A DNA stretch of 64,000 nucleotides, from positions 5,620 through 69,619 of the IMG/VR virus record IMGVR_UViG_3300047509_000085. One strand, written 5' to 3'. This DNA comes from a virus. Positions 49,487 through 58,800 of the stretch are shown in pieces. The position numbers and the translations under genes were made by a program. The notes below the pieces were generated by a model. The model searched no databases. It worked only from the letters and a program-made list of their open reading frames with translations, and had not been told where the DNA came from. Numbering within the stretch: position 1 is the stretch's first letter; every line of letters starts with the position of its first letter.

Positions 49487-52400
49487 ATGCGTGGCATCCT
49501 GCACTCGGAAGATTTCGGTTGGGCAAGCGCACCGCGCGGCAAGGGCGGTGGCGGCACAAACACCTCCACCACGGTACAAAACACGACCCCTCCGCCGGCC
49601 TTTACGCAAGCGTTACAGGGCGCGCTAACCCAAGGCCAAAACGCGGCATCCGCGCCGTTCACACAATACCCCGGCCAGCTTCAGGCGCCGTTCGCGCCGC
49701 AGCAGTTGCAAGGCTTCGGCATGGTGGGCAGCACGCCCGGCATCGCCGCGCCGTATGTCAATGCGGCAGCGCAGCACTACGACGCCGCGACCAATCCCTT
49801 GTGGCAGAACGTCCAGCAGTTCTCGCCGCAGGCCATCAGCCAGTACTCAAACCCCTACACGCAGAACGTCATCAACGCGACGCAGGCGCATTTCAACGAC
49901 CAGAACGCGCAGGCCGCGAACCGTCTTCAGGGCGACGCTGCTTCACGTGGAGCATTGGGCGGCGACCGGGCTGGCGTGGCGCAGGCGGTGCTGCAAGGCC
50001 AGGAGGATTTCGCGCAGGCCCCGGTGATTGCCGGCTTGCAGAACCAGGGCTATGCGCAGGCGTTGCAGGAGTTCAACCAGCAGCAGGGCACGCAGCTTGG
50101 TGCCGATCAGGCGAATGCGTGGCTCAACAGCCAGGCGGCAGCCGGTTTTGGCGGTCTCGGCACCGAGGCGCTGAATACGACGCTTGGTTCCGCCAATGCG
50201 CTGATGGGCGCGGGCGCGCAGCAGCAGGCGCAGGCGCAGCAGGGGCTCAACATCCCGTTCGCGCAGTTCCAGGCGCAGCAGGCGTATCCGTTCCAGACGG
50301 CGGGATGGTTGTCGGGGCTGACGAGCCAGCTTGCCAACGCGGCGGGCGGCACGGCGTCGACCACATCGCCTGGACCATCGCCGTTCTCGCAGGGGGTTGG
50401 TGCGCTGACGGCTGGCGCGGGCGCCATTGGCGCGCTGAACAAGGCAGGGGTGTTCAACAGCACGCCGTCGACCGGCTTCGGCTCGCCCGGCATCGGCGAC
50501 ATCAACTCCACCATCCTGCCGAGCGAGCAGGCGGCAGCAGATGCAGCGGGAGGATTTGGAGCGGGCGCGTCCAACATAGGAGACTTCATACCAGGCGGTG
50601 CCCGTGGTGGCGCCATCCCGCATCGCGCACCTGGCGGCATGGTGCCGGGGAACGACCCGATGGGCATGGGCAACCCGGGCGGTGCTCCGCCTGGCATCGC
50701 GCCCGGGCTCGGGGCCGGCGTCCCGATGGGCTTCAACGGCGGCGTGCCAATGGGCGGCGACACCCTCGCCGGCATGGGTGTGCCGGATGTGTCGGTCTCC
50801 GTCGTGCCGGACGCGCCGCCAGCCGGCCTGCCGTCGGGCGCCAAGACATCCACCAGCGTTACATCGGGCGGTGGTGGCGGCAAGGACAGCATCTTCGGCA
50901 CGCTGCTCAAGACGGCCGGCAACATTGCGGCCGGCGTGTTCGGCGGTCCCGCCGGTGGTCTCGCGGCGAGTGCGCTCGGCTCGCAGGTGCATTTCGGCCA
51001 TGGCGGCGGCGTTCCCAACCGCGCCCCTGGCGGTTCCATCGCCGTGCCGCAGATGCCCTCTGTGGCTGGCGGTGCCGGCCCGGTCAGCGTGAGCAGCTCA
51101 CCGTCCTCGCTGACCGGGTTCGCGCTCCCCCAGATGACCGTGAACGCGGGCGGTAGCGGATCCGGCTCGCCCGACGAGGTGAATGCGTTCCTCGACAGTG
51201 TGGCGAAGGGGCAGTTCCACATTCCGGCCAAGCCCGCGCCGACTGCCGCAGCGCCACCGCCGGTCGCTGCACCAGTGACGCCGCCGCCCCCGCTGATCGA
51301 TCCGTTCTTCGCCGAGCAGGCGGGGCAGTCGAACACCGGCGGGGCGCAGAGCGAGGGCGGCGGCGATCAGGGCGGCGCGCAGGCGCGTGGCGGCCCGGTG
51401 CACGGCTTTGCCATGGGCGGGATGCCGCTGCGCGGGTTCGCGGATGCCGGCGCGGTGACGGATGACCTGACGCCAGATGACACCTACGATACGGAGCCTG
51501 GCGGGCCACCACGGCAGACCATCGCAAATCCGCACGGGCTGCCGACCGTCAGCGATCCATGGGATACGTCGGGGGGCAAAGCTCCGTCCAGCATGGGGAA
51601 TCCGCCACCAGCCAGCGACTCTGCCAAGGAGCGCTTCTTGCAGGGCGTTGTCACGCGCGAGAGCGGCAACCGGAATGTCCCCAATCAGCAGGGGCCAGGC
51701 GGCACGCCGCTTAGCTCTTCGTCTGGATACTTCCAGATAACCGACCCGACGTGGCGCGAAAACGCCAGGCTAGCCGGTGTGGACACGGACAAATACCCGA
51801 CCGCCATGTCTGCGCCGAGGGAGGTGCAGCACCAGGTCGCCGGCCTGCTCTACGACCGGGAAGGCGAGCGACCGTGGGCGGCTTCCGCTCCGGGCGCAAC
51901 CGGCACCGCCGGCCTCGGCAATCCCCCCGACCTTCCTCCGGCACCGGATCGTCAGGTGTCCGACTGGACGCCAGCCGAGCGCAAATACGGCCCCGACGAC
52001 ATCCACATGCCAGCCAAGCCGAACGGGTGGCTCTCGCTGATGGAAGCCGGCTTCGGCATGATGGGCGGCACCAGCCCGTTCGCCGCGGTGAACATCGGCC
52101 GCGGCGCCGAACAGGGCGTGCGCAGCTACCAGAACTACGACCTCGCGGCGCAGAAGCTCGCCACCAACGTCGAGGAAGCCCGGGCGCGCATCAGCGAGAA
52201 CCAGGCGTACCACGACGACACGATCAACACGCGCCGGTTCGGCATCGACACACGCAGCGCCGACCGGCAGCAGCAATTCGCCAACCAGATGTCCATCGCG
52301 CAGTTGCGAATCCAGGCGCAGCAGGCCGCCGCCGCAGCGCGCGGCGCTGGCCACATGACTGAGGCGGAGGCGGAACAGACGCGGGTGCAGCAACTGATGC

Positions 52401-52816
52401 TGCCGACCGAACAAGGCGGCATGGGCATGACGATGCCCGACGCCATCGAGGCAGCGAAGGGATTTGCCGGTCGAGCGGCGCGGGCCGGGCGCACAGCCGA
52501 CCAGGGCGATCGACGCTTGGATCAAGGCGATGCGCGGTTGCAGCAGGGTTGGCAGAGGCTTCAGCAGTCAGCCGACACCGCCGAAGCAAACCAGCAGATC
52601 AGGCGTGATGCGTTGACGCAGGCGCGCACCGAGCACGAAAAGACACTGCTGAACACGGCGACGAACGCGGAGGTTTCGGCGGCGGCGCGGATGTCGTTCA
52701 GCGCCGACGGGTTCCCGGCCGCGCTGGAGAAGGTGATTGCCGGACGCAAGACGGCAGCGCCAGCATCGGCTGCACCTGCGACGGCGGCACCGCCTGATCC
52801 TCTCGGCATTCGCTGA
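49487..52816 (+). CDS. DNA-ejection/internal virion protein with a lytic transglycosylase (Rpf-like) domain
   Basis: Gln-rich N-terminus (YSNPYTQNVI); RESG...SGYFQITDPTW...Q...PW near 51630-51880. Confidence 0.8.
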   Translation: MRGILHSEDFGWASAPRGKGGGGTNTSTTVQNTTPPPAFTQALQGALTQGQNAASAPFTQYPGQLQAPFAPQQLQGFGMVGSTPGIAAPYVNAAAQHYDAATNPLWQNVQQFSPQAISQYSNPYTQNVINATQAHFNDQNAQAANRLQGDAASRGALGGDRAGVAQAVLQGQEDFAQAPVIAGLQNQGYAQALQEFNQQQGTQLGADQANAWLNSQAAAGFGGLGTEALNTTLGSANALMGAGAQQQAQAQQGLNIPFAQFQAQQAYPFQTAGWLSGLTSQLANAAGGTASTTSPGPSPFSQGVGALTAGAGAIGALNKAGVFNSTPSTGFGSPGIGDINSTILPSEQAAADAAGGFGAGASNIGDFIPGGARGGAIPHRAPGGMVPGNDPMGMGNPGGAPPGIAPGLGAGVPMGFNGGVPMGGDTLAGMGVPDVSVSVVPDAPPAGLPSGAKTSTSVTSGGGGGKDSIFGTLLKTAGNIAAGVFGGPAGGLAASALGSQVHFGHGGGVPNRAPGGSIAVPQMPSVAGGAGPVSVSSSPSSLTGFALPQMTVNAGGSGSGSPDEVNAFLDSVAKGQFHIPAKPAPTAAAPPPVAAPVTPPPPLIDPFFAEQAGQSNTGGAQSEGGGDQGGAQARGGPVHGFAMGGMPLRGFADAGAVTDDLTPDDTYDTEPGGPPRQTIANPHGLPTVSDPWDTSGGKAPSSMGNPPPASDSAKERFLQGVVTRESGNRNVPNQQGPGGTPLSSSSGYFQITDPTWRENARLAGVDTDKYPTAMSAPREVQHQVAGLLYDREGERPWAASAPGATGTAGLGNPPDLPPAPDRQVSDWTPAERKYGPDDIHMPAKPNGWLSLMEAGFGMMGGTSPFAAVNIGRGAEQGVRSYQNYDLAAQKLATNVEEARARISENQAYHDDTINTRRFGIDTRSADRQQQFANQMSIAQLRIQAQQAAAAARGAGHMTEAEAEQTRVQQLMLPTEQGGMGMTMPDAIEAAKGFAGRAARAGRTADQGDRRLDQGDARLQQGWQRLQQSADTAEANQQIRRDALTQARTEHEKTLLNTATNAEVSAAARMSFSADGFPAALEKVIAGRKTAAPASAAPATAAPPDPLGIR

Positions 52817-55800
52817 TGCCGCCGCTGGACGACACGACGCAGGCCGTCACCGATGACATGGTGCCGCAGGGGGCGGTTCCGCCTGTTGTCGCGCCACAGC
52901 CACCGTCAGAACCAGTCGCCGCGCCGTCGCCGGCCCCTGCGGCTCCTGCCATCACGCTTGGTGCCATTCGCCAAAAGTACCCGCAGTATCAGGACCTCTC
53001 CGACGAGCAACTGGCGCAGGGACTGCACCGCAAGTTCTACAGCGACATGCCGTTCGACGTGTTCTCCGGCAAGATCGGCTACCCGCCGCGCATTCCCGAA
53101 ACCGGCGGCCGGCCCATGTCGAACAGTGCGTCGGTGCGAAAGTTGCCGATGGCGCAGACCGGATCGGACGAACCCGTCACGACCGGCATGGACCCCGCGG
53201 CGATTGCCGCCCCAGCACTGACGCCAGTTGTGGGGCGTGCGCTCGATACCGCGCGACAGGGCATCACCGATGCGCTGCACCCGAAGGCCGGGCAACCGTC
53301 CGTCGCTGAGACCGCCGGCATGGACCCGGCAGCCATCGCTGCACCCGCACTGACAGAACCGTTCGGAAGGGTCCTGAGCGCCGGAGCGGAAGCGTTCGGT
53401 GATGAGCCGCTCGGGTTGTCGGACAAGTCAGCCGGCGCATTGCGGCGCGCTGGGGTATTCCCCCAACCAGGGCAGGGCTTGCAGCCGCTGCGGCAGATCA
53501 ACGAAGCATTGCTGCGGCCCGTTGCGGCGCTCGCCGACCTATTCTGGCGTGGGAGCGGAGCGGGCTTTGCTGGCTTGCAGCAGACGCTGCACGACACCGC
53601 GCTGCAACTCGGCATGCCGGAAGAAATGGCGCGCGATATCGCGGCATCGCCGGAAGCGTTCTTTGGCTCGCCACAGCTTGCGCACATCCGGCCGGTCGAG
53701 ACAGTGCGCAACGCGGTTCAAACACTGCAAGACAGGCAGACACTCCGTGCGCAGACGATGCTGGCGCCAGAGCATTCGCCGCTTATGCCCGGCGAGGTGG
53801 ATACATCGTATGCCGCAGCGGAGGCGGCGCGTCAGCCTCGGCAGGCGCCACCACCAGAAGCACCACCGGAACCACCGGGTTCTGCTGCGACCCCGGAGAC
53901 GCCGCCCGGAACGCCCCCTGGTGGGGGCGATGCTACCGTAGCACAGCCGTCGCCAGCACCGGCAGCGGACCCCGCCGCCGCGGCGCACGCGGACCTTGCG
54001 GCAATCGCCGCGGGCCAGCCGCCGTCGGGCACCGCGCTGCCGACGCTGGAGGCCATGGCGGCACGGGCAAAGCCGCCGGAGGTGCCGCCGGAGCAAGCGC
54101 CCGCCATCGCAATGCCTGGACCGACACCGGAAACGCCGCGCAGTGAGGCCGCGGAAAGTGCGGCCGGTCCATCCGGTGGAAAGTCCGACACCGGACCTCC
54201 GGCCGGGGGGCAGGCATCTACGCTACCAGAGTCCACACCCCGCACTTGGCAACAGATCATGGAGCAGGAAGGCGTCTCAGCCGGGGACGCGATCAAGATC
54301 AGGGACGCAGAGGCGCGACAGGCACAGGAAGCGCAGGCCGATCCGCCACCATCCACGGTCTCCCCGTTCCTGCCTCTGCCGCGTGAACCGGAGCGTCTCG
54401 CGTCGTTCCTGAAGCGCATGGGCGGCGTGCGCGATCCTGGCGGCGATGTGCGTTCGTCCATCGGTGCTGCCCGCTATCGCCCCGGCCTCATAAACCAGCG
54501 CGGCCGAACGCTCGATGACGCTGCGCAACTTGCGCACGAAGCGGGCTATTTCCCAGAGCTTGGGCCGGGTGAGCGTCCGTCGATCAACGATCTACTCGAC
54601 CGCCTGGACGACGATCTGAAAAGCCGCCCGGTCTACTCCCACGCCGACGATGCTGCTGTGACGGCGCTTGAAGCGGTGCGCGACCGCAATCGCGAGATCA
54701 CCCTGCTGGGCGACCAGTACGGCATCCCGACGGCCGGCATCACCCATGCGCAGTTCATGGACCAACTGAACGCCGCGCAGTTGCGGCAGGTCCATGGCAA
54801 GCATGGCGATACCGCAGACGCGGCTATGCGCGATGCGGAGCGTGACGCCCGCGGAGACATCGCGCCGCTTGAATGGTCCAACACCGACGCCTACGGTAGA
54901 AACCAGTTGCGGTCGCTGGAGGAGCTTGAGCGTGAGCGTGAGTCAGAAGCGACTGCTGACCATCTTCCTCAACGCGCGGCGGGGGATGCACAACGAGGCG
55001 TTCTCCCAAGCGACACGGGAGAAGTTCCGCAAGGCGGCGGAACACGCGGAGGTGGCGCTGGAGGCGCGGGCAGCCCTTACCCGCAAGGCACAGGCCGGCC
55101 GGACACCGGGACAGGCGTAGGGCCGCAGGGCTTTGCGGAGGACCGCCGACCGCTAGGTGCGGTTGATGTCCGCGACATGGTTCCGGCGCTGAAGATTGCG
55201 CCGCCTGGGCGCCGCCCCACCGTCTTCCAAGGCAAGCGCGGCGAACTCCATGAGCATGTGATTTCGCGCGCCGCAGACGATCATCCCGCTCTCTACGACA
55301 ACCCGAAGAACGTCAAGGAACTCGGTTTCGTTGATGAGACGACGGGGCGGTGGTATTCGCGAGACGATGCTGCAAAGGTAGCCGGCATCTGGGAAGCCTC
55401 GATGTTGCCGGGCGGTTCCGGCTTCGCCGAGAGCGGCACGCCGATCCCGCTCTACTCCGCCGTCTCGCGCGCGGTGGATGCGCTGAAGCAGGCCAAGGGC
55501 ACCGGCCCGCAGATGCTCGCCATGATCCAGAAGACGCCCGGCGTGAAGCCGGAGGAGGTGAAATGGATCGGGCTCGACGATTGGCTGAAGTCGCAAGGTC
55601 ATGTGACCAAGGCGCAGATCGCCGACTACGTGCGCGCCAACTCGCTGGATGTGCGGGAGGTGCATCGAGGCACGGTTGATCCTGCGACCGAGCAGCGTCT
55701 TGCTGACATGGACGCTGAGATCAGGCGCCTAGAAGCGGCGGGCGATCTACGATGGCGCGAACTATCACGAGAACGCGGCGCGCTGATAAGGCAGTCGCCG

Positions 55801-58800
55801 AAAGAGACCAAGTTCGGCCAGTGGCGTCTCGGCAATGGCGCAGGCGGCTCCAACTACCGCGAGGTGCTGATTACGCTGCCGGGCAAGCCGCGCGCCGTGA
55901 ATATCGATGAAGCATCGCAGAGGCTATTCGGCAAGCCGTTTGAACAACTGACCATGGCCGAAAGGGTGAAGGCGCAGCACGAGTTATCCTACAACCCATC
56001 GGAATACCGCAGCTCTCACTGGGACGAGCCGAACGTGCTGGCGCATCTGCGCATGGACGAACGTGTTGCGCCCGATGGGGCAAGAGTGCTGTTGGTCGAT
56101 GAGGTGCAGAGCGATTGGCACCAGTCTGGGCGGAGAGCCGGCTACGGTCCCGGTACAAAGGAATACACCGTTGTCGATGGCAATGGCGACCAGCGCGGAA
56201 CCTTTGCGACGCGAGAGGATGCGCAGGCATGGCTCGATCATCCGCCGGATTGGTTTACGAGAGAGCGCGCCAGGGTTGCCGAAGTAGAGGGCCAACCCGG
56301 CGTGCCATCCGCCCCGTTCAAAACCACATGGCCGCAACTGGTCATGCGCCGCGCCATCAAATACGCGGTGGATAACGGGTTCGACAGGATCGCGTGGACC
56401 CCGGGGGATGTGCAGGCGGCACGGTATGATCTGAGCAAGCAGATCAGCAGCGTTACGCTGCATGATGGCGCGTACGAGAAGAACTGGCTGATTGCAACGG
56501 ATCACTCAGGCCGAAGGGTCATTGACGAGAGGCTGCCGGATCAAAGCAAACTGGTTGATTATGTCGGCAAGGACGTGGCCGACAAGCTGCTCGCGCAACC
56601 GTTTGAGGAGAGCAAAAGAGACGGCATTCCGACGCGCGCCCGTTCGCTTTCTGGCCTTGATCTAAAGGTTCCGCATGAAGGCATGCGCGCGTTCTACGAC
56701 CGCATGCTCCCCAACGAGGTGCAGAAGATCGTCGGCAAGTTCGGCGCGAAGGTGGGTATGAGCGAGGTGGGGACGGGTAAGCCAGCGCGCGATACGCTGA
56801 AACCGGATGAACAGGCCGCTCGCGATCATGGTTCTCTGTGGCAGCAACTGGTCGATGAACGAAGGGCCGCCGAGAACCGATCTATGGCCGCTGGCGTCTA
56901 TGACTACACGCGCGATGCACACATACAGGCCATCGACCGCCGCATGGATGATCTACATGCTCGCATGGTCGACGAGACCCTAGCCCGCGCGCAGCCGACG
57001 CAGACCGTCCACAGCGTCGATCTGGTCCCGAGCCTCGTCCACGCTGTCTCGACCGAGGGCCTCGCGCTGTTCCAACCGCGTCGCCTGCCGATCCCGCGCC
57101 CGACCGGCACCGACCTGTTCGGCGGCGAGCGCGCCGCGCCCGCACCGCGGCCTGCACCAGAACCGACGATCAAGGGCGACCCGCGCCAAGTCGATATGTT
57201 CGGCAAGCAGGATGTCGCCGTGCAGGCGCAGGCAGCGGCGGACCAGGCAGGCGGCGGACGCGGCACGCTCACCGGCAAGGGCGAGCAGAAGCCGGCCGAC
57301 ATGGGCCTGTTCACGCCCAAGCCTCCCAACCAACCCGGCCTGTTCGGTGTCGAGCCGCCAAAGCGACCGGGGGCACCGCCGCGCGTCTCTCGCTGGCTCA
57401 CCGACCACGGGTTCGTCGACCACCTCGCCAGTTTCCCCGAGATCCGCCCAGGCCAGGACCCGCACGCGGTCGCCGCCGACTGGGTGTTCCAGAAGGGCCG
57501 CGAGACGGGCCACGAATACATCGCTGTGGTCGACAACCGCACGGGCGAGGTGGTGCATGCGGGGACGGCCAATCTGACGAGCCAGATCCCGTTTACTGCC
57601 GAGAACGTCGCCGGCCATACCGACGCATTCACCATCCACCACAACCATCCTGGTGGCCGCGCGCTGTCGCCCGAGGACGTGTCCATGCTGGGCAACCGCG
57701 GTATCGGTCACGTTGTCGCCCACGGCCACGGCGGCGATACCTACACGGCATCGCTTGGCGCGGCGCATAAAGGCGATACTCCCCCGCCGCGCGATCTGCT
57801 CATTGCCGCGATTGCAGCAAAACAGGCTGCGCAAGACATGGTGCAGAGGCTGATTGACGCCGGGAAGATCACATATCAGCAGGGCAACGATACCTTCCAC
57901 GATGTCGCCAACCGGATTTTGCAGGCCCATGGGGTCATCGACTACACCTCGACCAACAAGATGCCGGCGGCGGTCGAGGCCGCGTTGCGTGAGGCGCTGG
58001 CAAAAGGCGGAGTAAATGCAGACCATATTGATCGATCCACCGTCGCCGTTCGCCCCGAGGAGCGAGTTGCTGGCCTTCCTGCGCGAGTGCGAGGCCAGCA
58101 AGTCCAAGGACCGGCCGGAGGTGCAGCGGGCAATGGCCGAGGTGCGCGGCTACCTGGCACGCCGGAAGGCCGACTCTTAGAGCCGCAGGGGTTCGCGGAG
58201 GACGCGACCACACCGCTGACGCCGCCGGAGCAACGGCGGTTCGCACCGCTGCGGCGGGCGATGGGCGCTGCCACTGAAGCTGCGCGCGATCTCGGAACCT
58301 CCATCGCCAGAGGCTTTGTGCCGATGCGGACGGGCACGGTTCGCTCGCAGGCATTCGCGGCCGACTTCGCCAACAAGCTACGTGGGGTGCAATACCGCTA
58401 CGGCGAAATCGACCGGGAGATCACCCGACAGTTCAAGCCGGCCGAGCGCGAGAAGATGGGCCGCGCGATGGACGCGCAGTCGGTCCACGAGCAACTGCTG
58501 CGCGACATGCCGGCGGCCCAGCGTCCAGCCGCTCGGGCAGCGTTCGATGCCACGCGCGAGGGATTGGCCGGACTCGAACCGATACAGCGAGCAACGCTGG
58601 GAATGCTGGACCGGCTGTCGGGCGATGTCTGGCGCAGAATGCAGGAGCGCGGGATGGTGCAGCCCAACGCCCGGCCGCTACCGTTCTATTTCGCGCGCCA
58701 GATCATCCAGTATTCTAAGGAGACAGGGTTCTCCAAGGTCCGCGGCCGGGGCGCATCCGGTCGCGGGCTCGACCAACGCGGTGCGAACCTGACGACGCAG

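Noticed and set aside
49519-51336. Long alternative-frame ORFs (e.g. 49519-51156, 50107-51336) and similar ones genome-wide
   Set aside because: High-GC shadow ORFs overlapping well-supported genes
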